A program made the translations under genes and the position numbers. A stretch of 64,000 nt of DNA, taken from NCBI GenBank assembly GCA_042570925.1, contig JBHPFX010000003.1:10149-74148 (forward strand), given 5' to 3'. Under the pieces are notes generated by a model. That model was not told the DNA's origin and did no database searches. It saw only the letters and a program-made list of their open reading frames with translations. The DNA is from Patescibacteria group bacterium. GTDB taxonomy: Bacteria; Patescibacteriota; Patescibacteriia; UBA10025. Positions 38,643 through 47,117 of this stretch are shown in pieces (within the stretch, counting starts at the first letter, position 1; every line of letters starts with the position of its first letter).

Positions 38643-39269
38643 TTATTTACTTAATTCTAGGACACGATTAATAATTTGCGAGGTAAGATCCCGAAGCAGT
38701 TCATGAGTGATCGGCTTATCGTATGCCTCAGGGAATGTCATCGGTTCTCCAATAGTTATTCGAAGATAGTGCGGGTTGGTTAAATGTTTTACGATAATGC
38801 TTTTTAACCTTCTTGACTGATGATTGTAAAGGCCCACAGGTATTACTGGCACTTTTGACCAAAGTGCTAAACGTGCCACTCCCGTCTTACCGCGATTATT
38901 ATCCATATCACTTTCTTCAAGGATACCACCTGGAAAAATGCCCACAATGCGCCCTTTGTGTAAGTACTTATTGGCAACGTTCAGGCACTGCTGACGATTG
39001 TTTGAATCGAATGGAATACATCCTCCCCACCATTCAGCCACAATCTTTTTCCATAGCCAGCCCCAGGGGGCTATGCGGGTGATAAAGCGAATTTTACGGT
39101 TTATTTTATTTATCACTGCTGCGGCGATGAATGCGCCGTCGAGCGGACTCGTATGATGACACGCAAGAATAAAAGGACCCTTATAAGGAATATACTCTAG
39201 TCCGCTTACTGACCTAGTATAAAAACGAAGTAGCGGGAGAAGAGTGAATCGGGAAATTGGATATGCCAT
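38643..39269 (-). CDS. PlsC-family acyltransferase, tandem paralog 1
   Basis: HHTSPLDG (H.x4.D), GIFPGG, GKTGVARLAL. About half the residues are identical to the next gene by eye. Confidence 0.75.
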   Translation of the reverse strand: MAYPISRFTLLPLLRFYTRSVSGLEYIPYKGPFILACHHTSPLDGAFIAAAVINKINRKIRFITRIAPWGWLWKKIVAEWWGGCIPFDSNNRQQCLNVANKYLHKGRIVGIFPGGILEESDMDNNRGKTGVARLALWSKVPVIPVGLYNHQSRRLKSIIVKHLTNPHYLRITIGEPMTFPEAYDKPITHELLRDLTSQIINRVLELSK

Positions 39270-39301
39270 TAAGAGTTTGTTTACAGCGATTGAGTTATAA
39301 T

Positions 39302-39931
39302 CTACTTTGCGCTTAGTTCTTCAAGGCGATTAACGACGCGCCTGGTAACTTCTCTTAGTAAGTCATGTGTGATCGGTTTGTTGTAAGCGTCAGGAAATGT
39401 CATTGGTTGGCCGATAGTAATCCGCATGTTATGAGGATTCATGAGATGTTTAATAATCATTGCTCCCCGCTTAACAACATGGAAATTATGGAGTCCTACG
39501 GGAATGACCGGCATCTGAGACCATAATGCAAGTCGGGCGACGCCCGTTTTACCTCTTTTGCGCATCTTGTCGGATTCCTGTAAAAGACCGCTCGGGAAAA
39601 TTCCCACTATCTCCCCTTTTTTCAAATACTCCATTGCAGTTTCAAGACATTTACTTGGATTTGTTTTGTCGAATTGGATTGATCCCGCCCATCGCTCAAA
39701 TATTGGCTTTTTCCAGAACCACCCTCTTTTTCGAACATTTGAGATAAAGTGTAGCTTTCTTTTAACTTTTGAAATTATTACCGATGCTATAAAAATACCA
39801 TCAAGCGTTCCAGTATGTTTGCATGCAATGATATAGGATCCTTCCTTCGGGATGTTTTCAAGTCCTGAAATAGAGCGTATAAAAAACTTCAGAAAACGGG
39901 GTATAAAATGGCGCGCAATCGGATAGGCCAT
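39302..39931 (-). CDS. PlsC-family acyltransferase, tandem paralog 2
   Basis: KHTGTLDG, GIFPSG, GKTGVARLAL. Confidence 0.75.
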   Translation of the reverse strand: MAYPIARHFIPRFLKFFIRSISGLENIPKEGSYIIACKHTGTLDGIFIASVIISKVKRKLHFISNVRKRGWFWKKPIFERWAGSIQFDKTNPSKCLETAMEYLKKGEIVGIFPSGLLQESDKMRKRGKTGVARLALWSQMPVIPVGLHNFHVVKRGAMIIKHLMNPHNMRITIGQPMTFPDAYNKPITHDLLREVTRRVVNRLEELSAK

Positions 39932-39940
39932 ATCGTTATA

Positions 39941-40570
39941 TTAGAATGTATACGGCTTTCCGCTTAGTGTGCTAATAGCTTTCATAATTCTGCCAGTGAC
40001 TTCGTGCAGTAGTTCCCCAGTAATTGGCCGGTTATAGTATTCTTCAAGGGAGATTGACTCACCAATACGGATATGGAATTTTTTTTTCTGAAAGAAGTAA
40101 ATCCATGATCGAATAGCACTTCTTGTCGCTGGGCCGGTAATTCCAATCGGAATAACGGGAGTTTTTGTCCATAGTGCTAATCTTGCTGCACCGGTTTTCC
40201 CTCTCAGAAGTTCTGCATGTATATTTCGGGATCCTTCGGGATATAGGACGCATATCTCTCCTTTTTCCAAATGACGTTGTAAATGCTTCAGGGCTGATGC
40301 GGGCGAATTTCTTTCAACAAACGTCGTACCGGTCCATTGACCAAGCTTCCGACCTCCGGGAAATCTCCAATACTCTCCAAAAGACATGAAATGCAGTGAT
40401 CGCTTTAATTTTGTATACAGTACCCCGAAAAGGACTAGCGGATCGAAATAACTAATGTGATTTGGGACGAGTAATGCAGGTCCATGAACGGGCAGGTTTT
40501 CAAAACCCTCGATATTCTCAACTCTACTTGCTGCCCACGAACTTAACGTTTGGACCAGGCGCTGTCCCAT
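39941..40570 (-). CDS. PlsC-family acyltransferase, tandem paralog 3 (more divergent)
   Basis: NHISYFDP, LYPEGSR, GKTGAARLAL. Confidence 0.75.
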   Translation of the reverse strand: MGQRLVQTLSSWAASRVENIEGFENLPVHGPALLVPNHISYFDPLVLFGVLYTKLKRSLHFMSFGEYWRFPGGRKLGQWTGTTFVERNSPASALKHLQRHLEKGEICVLYPEGSRNIHAELLRGKTGAARLALWTKTPVIPIGITGPATRSAIRSWIYFFQKKKFHIRIGESISLEEYYNRPITGELLHEVTGRIMKAISTLSGKPYTF

Positions 40571-40575
40571 ACGTT

Positions 40576-42570
40576 CTAGATGATTAATCCTACAATAAGT
40601 AATGCAACAATATTTAACACCTTTATCATCGGATTCATTGCCGGGCCAGCCGTGTCCTTGTATGGATCACCTACTGTATCTCCCGTAATAGCAGCTTGAT
40701 GAGCAAGAGATCCTTTGCCCCCAAAATTTCCGTCCTCAATATACTTTTTTGCATTGTCCCATGCTCCGCCACCTGAAGTCATTGAAATAGCTACAAAAAT
40801 TCCAGAAATGATGCTTCCTACGAGCAATCCCCCAAGTGCGATGGGGCCGAGAATAAGACCAACTGCAATAGGTGCTGCTACCGGAACCAGTGCGGGGATT
40901 ATCATTTCTCTGATTGCTCCCTTGGTAACAATATCAACTGCACGGCCATATTCGGGCTTTGCTTTTCCTTCCATAATACCGGGGATCTCTTTGAACTGGC
41001 GCCTGACCTCATGAACAACTTTTTGAGCAACTTTCCCGACTGCTTCCATTGCTCTTGCACCAAAATAATATGGCAGGAGAGCGCCGATAAAAAGACCAAT
41101 CAATACCAGTGGATCAGAAAGTGAAAAAAGATATTCTTTTCCGCGATCAACTAATTCCTGTGTATATGAAGCGAATAATACAATTGCGGCGAGGCCAGCG
41201 GATCCTATCGCGTACCCTTTTGTAACTGCTTTGGTGGTATTGCCGACTGCATCAAGTGGATCGGTAACTTCTCGTACACTTTCAGGAAGTCCTGCTGATT
41301 CTGCGATTCCTCCCGCATTGTCAGTAATGGGTCCATAGGCGTCGATAGTAACGATAATACCCGTTAGTGAAAGCATACTCATTGCTGCGACGGCAATACC
41401 ATACAATTCAGCAAGCTGATAAGCACCATATATACCAGCGGCGATAACGATGACCGGAAGGACAGTAGATTTCATGCTCACCGCTAGTCCGGTAATAATA
41501 TTAGTCCCGTGCCCGGTAGTTGAACTTTCTGCAATTGATTTTACGGGCTTATATTTTGAAGAGGTAAAGTACTCAGTAATTACGACCAGAAGAGCAGTAA
41601 CGACGAGGCCGACTAATGCCGAAAGGAAAATATCCAATGTCGAAAATTGGCCATTGTCACTCATCAACCATTGTGTTGCCCACCAGAAGCCGATTGCAGC
41701 CAGTACACCTGAACCAAGCAGGCCCTTATACAGAGCGCCCATAATATTTTTACTTTTTCCAAGCCGAATAAAGAAAAGACTGATAATAGATGCAACGATT
41801 GATATGGCACCAAGCATGAGTGGAAATAAAATGACATTTTCTGATCCTTGGAAGGTAAGCGCACCGAGAATCATGGCTGCAATTGCTGTAACGGCATATG
41901 TTTCAAATAAATCAGCGGCCATTCCTGCGCAATCTCCTACGTTATCGCCGACATTATCAGCAATAAAAGCCGGATTTCGCGGGTCGTCTTCTGGAATTCC
42001 TGCTTCAAGCTTACCCACTAAATCAGCACCAACATCGGCCGCTTTTGTATAAATACCACCACCAAGCCGGGCGAATATCGAAATTAAACTCGCACCAAAT
42101 CCAAGTCCAATTAGTGCATCAATATCTTGAAAAATTGCATAAAAGCCGGTAACAGCAATAAGTCCCAAGCCAACAACAAAGAAGCCGGTAACAGCTCCTC
42201 CGCGTGTTGCAAGTGAAAGAGCTGATGCTAAACCATTTTTTGCGGCTTCAGCTGTTCTGACATTTGCTCGGACTGATACCATCATTCCGATAAATCCCGC
42301 GGCACCGGAAAATAATGCGCCAATAAAAAATCCAAGTGCAATTACGATTCCCAGCCACCACCAGAGCACAACAAACAATATGGCCGCAATTATTCCGATA
42401 GTGCGATATTGCCGAAACAGATATGCTTTTGCACCTTCCTGAATCGCTTGAGCGATTGCCTGCATTTTATCGTCTCCGCTGGGTTTTGAGAGTACCCATC
42501 GAGTGAGGATGATTGCGAAGATCAGGGCGGCGAGGCCACTAAGAAGGGAAATGGTATATACGAGAGACAT
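40576..42570 (-). CDS. hppA: Membrane-bound proton-translocating pyrophosphatase, K+-independent type
   Basis: [36 protein letters not shown] and [12 protein letters not shown]. The Lys in GNTTKA marks K+-independent enzymes. Confidence 0.9.
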   Translation of the reverse strand: MSLVYTISLLSGLAALIFAIILTRWVLSKPSGDDKMQAIAQAIQEGAKAYLFRQYRTIGIIAAILFVVLWWWLGIVIALGFFIGALFSGAAGFIGMMVSVRANVRTAEAAKNGLASALSLATRGGAVTGFFVVGLGLIAVTGFYAIFQDIDALIGLGFGASLISIFARLGGGIYTKAADVGADLVGKLEAGIPEDDPRNPAFIADNVGDNVGDCAGMAADLFETYAVTAIAAMILGALTFQGSENVILFPLMLGAISIVASIISLFFIRLGKSKNIMGALYKGLLGSGVLAAIGFWWATQWLMSDNGQFSTLDIFLSALVGLVVTALLVVITEYFTSSKYKPVKSIAESSTTGHGTNIITGLAVSMKSTVLPVIVIAAGIYGAYQLAELYGIAVAAMSMLSLTGIIVTIDAYGPITDNAGGIAESAGLPESVREVTDPLDAVGNTTKAVTKGYAIGSAGLAAIVLFASYTQELVDRGKEYLFSLSDPLVLIGLFIGALLPYYFGARAMEAVGKVAQKVVHEVRRQFKEIPGIMEGKAKPEYGRAVDIVTKGAIREMIIPALVPVAAPIAVGLILGPIALGGLLVGSIISGIFVAISMTSGGGAWDNAKKYIEDGNFGGKGSLAHQAAITGDTVGDPYKDTAGPAMNPMIKVLNIVALLIVGLII

Positions 42571-42595
42571 ATATTGGTTTATATGTTATTAATTC

Positions 42596-44197
42596 TTATT
42601 TAGCATCCTCTGAAGATTTTTCTGACTTATCTTCATCAGAAGCTGCCTTGGTTTTTTTAGTTTTTGGCTCCTTATCCTCTTTTTCTTTAATAACTGCTTT
42701 ATTCTCTTTTACCTCTTTTCCGCCAGAGGCGGATCCGCCTTCGGCGGACTTTTCCTCTTTTTCAGGTTTGTTGTTTTCTTTATCAGTTTCTGTCTCTGAT
42801 ACCGTCTTTGACCCGAGGGGCTTCAGGCCCGATTGGGAGGTCTCAGATCGAAGGGAATCACCAGGCTGAGCGGGGTCTGCTGTAAGCTTCGTGCTTTCCG
42901 GGGATGCAGAAGATTCCTTCAGGTCTTTTTCATCGGTAGATTCTTTATCTTCTTTGGCTGGTTCTTCTTTCGGTTTTTGTGCCGCGGGCTTAGTACCTCC
43001 TTCACCGACAATATCAATTTTCCAACCCGTCAGTTTCGCTGATAACCGGACATTTTGACCGGCTTTTCCGATAGCCAAGGAAAGCTGGTCTTCTTTAACC
43101 TCTGCAAGAGCAGTTTTTTCAGCTTCATTAGTTTTAACGCTTAATACTTTTGCAGGTGATAAAGCGTTACTGATAAATATCTCCGAATCATCGGCCCATT
43201 CAATTATATCAATCTTTTCTCCACCGAGCTCGGTGATAATAGTTTGCACTCGACTTCCTCGCTGTCCAACACACGACCCAACAGGATCGATATTGCTTTG
43301 GTGAGCGACGACAGCTACTTTTGATCTGGCACCGGCTTCTCTAGCCACAGATTTAATCTCCACGGAGCCATTATTAATTTCAGGTACTTCAATAGTAAAC
43401 AGTTTGCGGACCATTTCAGCGTGAGAGCGGGAAATAATTATTTCCGGTCCTTTCGGAGTTTTATTAACTGCTACAACAAAAAATTTCATCCTCTGACCGG
43501 GTCGATAGCGTTCATTTGGAATTTGTTCCGGAGGTGGCAGGAGGGCTGCAGTGCGGCCAAGATCAATGATCACCATCTTTCCTTCAATACGCTGGACCGT
43601 TCCATTGATCAGTTGCCCCTCTTTGTCTTTGAATTCCGTATAGATGGTTTCTCGCTCGGCTTCTCGTAATCGTTGAATAATGACCTGTTTTGCAGTTTGA
43701 GCAGCCATTCGGCCATATGCAGCAGGTGGAAATAATTCAGTTTTAATTTCATCTCCAACTTTTGATCCTTTCTTCATTTTTTTCGCTTCAGCAAGCCCAA
43801 CTTCTTTTTTAGGATCAAAGCGGTCTTCCTTCTCATCCTCTCCTTCTTCTGATGACTGATCCTTACCTTTCTTTATTTCCTCTTTCTTTTTAACTTCCTT
43901 TTCTTCCTTACCTTCCTTTTCTTCCGCCTGCTCTTTCTCGCGACGTTTCTCACGTTCCGCCATAAGCTTTTCATAACGTTTTACTTTTTCGTCATCTACA
44001 ACTGCTTTAATATCAAAAACACGAGCCTGGGCTGTTTCTGCGTCAAACTCAACATGAATATTTTGATTTTTTTCTCCAAAGTCTTTTCGATAAGCTACGG
44101 CAAGCGCTGCTTCAATGGTTTCAACCACTGCTTCCATTGAAATGTTCTTTTCCTCCGTAATTTGCTTCATTGCTTGATATATTGACGATTGCGCCAT
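42596..44197 (-). CDS. nusA: Transcription termination/antitermination factor NusA, with a Lys/Glu-rich insertion and a long low-complexity tail
   Basis: N-terminal domain (AIEAALAVAYRK), S1 (GTVQRIEGKMVIIDLG) and KH1/KH2 (AVVA.....DPVGSCVGQRGSRV; AIGKAGQNVRLSAKLTGWKIDI). The tail contains two G+C-rich inserts. Confidence 0.85.
   Translation of the reverse strand: MAQSSIYQAMKQITEEKNISMEAVVETIEAALAVAYRKDFGEKNQNIHVEFDAETAQARVFDIKAVVDDEKVKRYEKLMAEREKRREKEQAEEKEGKEEKEVKKKEEIKKGKDQSSEEGEDEKEDRFDPKKEVGLAEAKKMKKGSKVGDEIKTELFPPAAYGRMAAQTAKQVIIQRLREAERETIYTEFKDKEGQLINGTVQRIEGKMVIIDLGRTAALLPPPEQIPNERYRPGQRMKFFVVAVNKTPKGPEIIISRSHAEMVRKLFTIEVPEINNGSVEIKSVAREAGARSKVAVVAHQSNIDPVGSCVGQRGSRVQTIITELGGEKIDIIEWADDSEIFISNALSPAKVLSVKTNEAEKTALAEVKEDQLSLAIGKAGQNVRLSAKLTGWKIDIVGEGGTKPAAQKPKEEPAKEDKESTDEKDLKESSASPESTKLTADPAQPGDSLRSETSQSGLKPLGSKTVSETETDKENNKPEKEEKSAEGGSASGGKEVKENKAVIKEKEDKEPKTKKTKAASDEDKSEKSSEDAK
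42719..42748. repeat. 30-nt G+C-rich double-hairpin insert, in frame in nusA (encodes SAEGGSASGG)
   Basis: TCCGCCAGAGGCGGATCCGCCTTCGGCGGA. The stems are identical to 22523-22552 and only loop bases differ. 30 nt equals 10 codons, and I checked the frame against the ORF coordinates. Confidence 0.7.
42810..42855. repeat. G+C-rich palindromic element copy inside the nusA tail
   Basis: GACCCGAGGGGCTTCAGGCCCGATTGGGAGGTCTCAGATCGAAGGG aligns with the rpsP insert core, on the same + strand text although the two genes are on opposite strands. Confidence 0.6.
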
Positions 44198-44304
44198 ATG
44201 TCTATTGTGTGTTTAAAAAATCTTTTAATAAAAAAAACTAGTCTTAATAAAAACTAGTCTCTGAGCGGAGTATACAGCGGCAAGTCAAGAAATGCAAGTG
44301 TCAA

Positions 44305-44658
44305 CTATCCACATGAGTAGTAATGTGAGATTTCAGCCTTGAAATTACTGATAAATACGCAAATACAGTCGAGTCTATAGGGAGTATGCTCGGGATAATT
44401 TGAAATATAGGTGCCTATGGCACTTGTAAGACGTTTTAATTTTGTGGTTGTGATGGATTCCTCTGAACTGCCAAACTTTACGGAGGAACGTGTTTTAACT
44501 TCCACAAATACAAGTTCACCGAATTGATCAGCAACTAAGTCGAGCTCTCCCTCTCGGCTTGTGACATGCTGGTCAATGATACGGTAGCCCTTTTGAATAA
44601 GATAATCACAAGCGATAAATTCTCCAATTTTTCCTAGATGTTGTTGATATGTCGACAT
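44305..44658 (-). CDS. YraN-family (UPF0102) endonuclease
   Basis: GE..A..YL...GY.I......S..GELDLVA......VFVEVKTRS. Confidence 0.75.
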   Translation of the reverse strand: MSTYQQHLGKIGEFIACDYLIQKGYRIIDQHVTSREGELDLVADQFGELVFVEVKTRSSVKFGSSEESITTTKLKRLTSAIGTYISNYPEHTPYRLDCICVFISNFKAEISHYYSCG

Positions 44659-44708
44659 AAAGAAAATCGCTTAGCGCAAGCGCTATTCGGTTGTTAGTAT
44701 GTAATTTT

Positions 44709-45260
44709 TTACTTTTTAAACAAAAGGCCGAAATGATACTGTCCGGGATCGTATGCTTTTTCAAGTGTTAGTCCATTTGCCTCACCGTGTTGTTGTATTT
44801 CACGAGGAGAAACAAGATCTTTTTCATTCGGACCGAATGAAAGGCCGCCTGTTTTCCAGTCAATTACGAGAAGCTTTCCCCCGGGACTGATAATTCGAAC
44901 AGCTTCTTTTATAATCGCCGCCTTGTTATGTGATTGAAAAAGAGTGTTAACCAGTAGCGCGATGTCGAGTGAGTCATCTTTTATTTGTTTGGCGGCTCCG
45001 TACATTTCCAAATTTGACCAAACTAAAATTACATTCTGCGTCCCCTCTAATTCGAGCTTGCTTTTAAGTCCTGAGAGAGCATGTTTAAGAACATCTACTC
45101 CATACACAATTCCGCGATCGCCCACGATTTTAGAAGCCTGTAAAACAAAGTAGCCCGCACCGCCACATCCAAGATCGGCGATCCGGTGCCCATATGTCAG
45201 GCCAACTTCATGCAGTATTTTTTGCGGATTCAGAAATTCATTTCCAGAAGCGACTTTCAT
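44709..45260 (-). CDS. Class I SAM-dependent methyltransferase
   Basis: IADLGCGGAGYF (motif I), GVD (motif II) and the PGG.L motif. Confidence 0.7.
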   Translation of the reverse strand: MKVASGNEFLNPQKILHEVGLTYGHRIADLGCGGAGYFVLQASKIVGDRGIVYGVDVLKHALSGLKSKLELEGTQNVILVWSNLEMYGAAKQIKDDSLDIALLVNTLFQSHNKAAIIKEAVRIISPGGKLLVIDWKTGGLSFGPNEKDLVSPREIQQHGEANGLTLEKAYDPGQYHFGLLFKK

Positions 45261-45279
45261 ATATGACAGTATACCATTT

Positions 45280-45927
45280 TTACACTTTCTCCACCATGTT
45301 TTTTATCGGCTTAAAAGAGCGTCTATGCAAGGGGCATGCGCCGTGCTTTTGTAAACTCAGTTGATGCGAATGTGTCCCATATCCTTTATGAATGTGAAAT
45401 CCATAGAGTGGGAACCGCCGGTGATACGATACCATAAGTCGGTCACGGGTTACTTTTGCGATAATTGATGCCGCCGCAATCGACTGAACTTTTTCATCTC
45501 CTTTTATTATTGCCCGCATCGGTACAGAAGAAGGAATAGCGAACGCATCAATAAGCAGTGCATGAGGAGTTATTGCCAACTTTCGGATTGCCTGGGAAAT
45601 AGCTTTTTTATTTGCATATGAAATGCCATGTCTGTCAATTGTTCGCGGCAACACGGAATACACAGCCCATGCTTTGGCTTGGCTGATTATTTCTACATAC
45701 AGCTTTTCCCGCGTAGATGGGGAAAGCTGCTTTGAATCTTTTATTCCATGAATAGAATGTCGTGAAGGCAGGATAACAGCAGCGGCGACAAGTGGACCCG
45801 CCCAGGCTCCTCTTCCCGCTTCATCACTACCTGCGATGAGCGTACATCCTTTTTTACGTAATCGCCCCTCTTCTAATGTATGTGGTTGTTTCATTATCTT
45901 CAGTATACTTCTTTCTGAGAAAAACAT
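45280..45927 (-). CDS. rnhB: Ribonuclease HII
   Basis: IAGSDEAGRGAWAGPLVAAAV, GIKDSKQLS, IDA and AASIIAKV.RD motifs. The true start may be the internal MKQPH. Confidence 0.85.
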   Translation of the reverse strand: MFFSERSILKIMKQPHTLEEGRLRKKGCTLIAGSDEAGRGAWAGPLVAAAVILPSRHSIHGIKDSKQLSPSTREKLYVEIISQAKAWAVYSVLPRTIDRHGISYANKKAISQAIRKLAITPHALLIDAFAIPSSVPMRAIIKGDEKVQSIAAASIIAKVTRDRLMVSYHRRFPLYGFHIHKGYGTHSHQLSLQKHGACPLHRRSFKPIKNMVEKV

Positions 45928-45946
45928 TAATGAAAAATTTTTAGAT

Positions 45947-46273
45947 ACAAAAAGGCCGCAGTCGCCTCATGACAAAGTTATTAAAAGGCGCTACGGCCTC
46001 TAAAGGCTTCTATGCTCGAGTGCTTACCGCCCCGGAGGGCAGTAAAGCGCTACCACGCAGAAAAGCCGTTGTGTTCATCTGTATCTCACTATAGATGAAC
46101 AAATTTTCTCAGCCGCCTCTTGGTAGATCTCTTCTAGCAAGCTAGAAAGGAATAACCTTTTTGTTTTGTTTTAACAATTTTTTGCCGGTGAGCTCGGCGT
46201 TTGGCAGTAGAGAAAGATCCGTCAAAAACGGTTTTTTATTTTTGAAAGATCTTTCTCGGCTGAATCACTTAAT
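45947..46273 (-). ncRNA. Candidate structured ncRNA of unknown class (about 325 nt) with its own promoter and terminator
   Basis: Minus-strand TTGACA (46308-46303), N17, TATACT (46285-46280). At least 5 strong local helices. 3' hairpin GGCCGTAGCGCC..GGCGACTGCGGCC plus T5 (45998-45947). No ORF of 60 aa or more. Confidence 0.4.
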
Positions 46274-46354
46274 ATCCGGAGTATAGCACATATTTTAGGG
46301 GTTGTCAACCCGTTCGAGAGATGAATATATCTATATATTAATGGTAGAAACAAA

Positions 46355-46440
46355 AAAAGCTCCTCAGGCCTTCGGCTCTGAGAATCTCAGGCTCGCCTTC
46401 TGGCCCTGAGGGTCATCAGGCCCGATGGGAAGAGGTTGAT
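46355..46440. repeat. G+C-rich palindromic element copy (intergenic, downstream of cmk)
   Basis: CTCAGGCCTTCGGCTCTGAG..GGCCCTGAGGGTCATCAGGCCCGATGGGAAGAGGT aligns with the rpsP and nusA inserts. On the minus strand it ends in a T7 run and probably terminates cmk. Confidence 0.55.
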
Positions 46441-46521
46441 ACTGAGAATGTATCAAGGCACTTTATAAACTACAAATCACATTTTCACCCAATGATGACT
46501 GTCTCAAGTGATTTAGGTATT

Positions 46522-47088
46522 TTATTTCTGAATTTTCCTCTGAACAAAGCTTACAACGCGGTTAAATTCTTCTTCTTGACTGAGTTTTGTTGTGTCTACA
46601 AACAAATCATAATGAGAGGGATCGAATATATCGATCTTGTAGTATTTTTGATATCTCAGTATGTCACTTTTTAACCGAGCTTCGACAGATGCCAATACTG
46701 CCTCGTAGCTATCCAGGGCTTTTGCTTCATTCCTGCTTTTATTATCCCCATCTTGGAGTGATCTCCAGATACGGCGCGCACCTTCTTCATTCGAGACATC
46801 TAAAAAGATTTTCAGTGAATGAGGAATAAAGTGAAACGCTGTTCTGCTCTCAATAACAATATTGTCTTTCTCTCTTCCAAGTTTTGCTATATACTCGTCA
46901 AATTCTTTATCACCTTCTTCATTGCTTTCGCTCCAAGTGTTAAACTCTGCTAACGTCATACCTTTTTTTCGTGCCGCATCTCTGCGAATTTTTCCTATAT
47001 ATACTCTCTCATACCCAAGCGCCGCAGCAAGTTTCTCTGCTACGGTGCTTTTTCCTGATCCCGGTTTGCCGCTGATGCTAATGATCAT
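46522..47088 (-). CDS. cmk: Cytidylate kinase-like P-loop kinase (archaeal-type cmk)
   Basis: MIISISGKPGSGKSTVAEKLA P-loop. Size and layout match short (d)CMP kinases. Confidence 0.65.
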   Translation of the reverse strand: MIISISGKPGSGKSTVAEKLAAALGYERVYIGKIRRDAARKKGMTLAEFNTWSESNEEGDKEFDEYIAKLGREKDNIVIESRTAFHFIPHSLKIFLDVSNEEGARRIWRSLQDGDNKSRNEAKALDSYEAVLASVEARLKSDILRYQKYYKIDIFDPSHYDLFVDTTKLSQEEEFNRVVSFVQRKIQK

Positions 47089-47117
47089 AACTTCTTGAAC
47101 CGGTGGTGATAATGTTT

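Noticed and set aside
45947-46273. Identifying the structured transcript as RNase P RNA, SRP RNA, tmRNA or 6S RNA
   Set aside because: - RNase P: a plus-strand match to GGUAAGAGCGCACC is just a palindromic stem. There are no GGAAAGUCC / ACAGAA.CCGGCUUA P4 strands that can pair.
- SRP: no GGAA..AGCA helix-8 loop.
- tmRNA: no tRNA-like 3' end.
- The promoter and terminator are on the minus strand.
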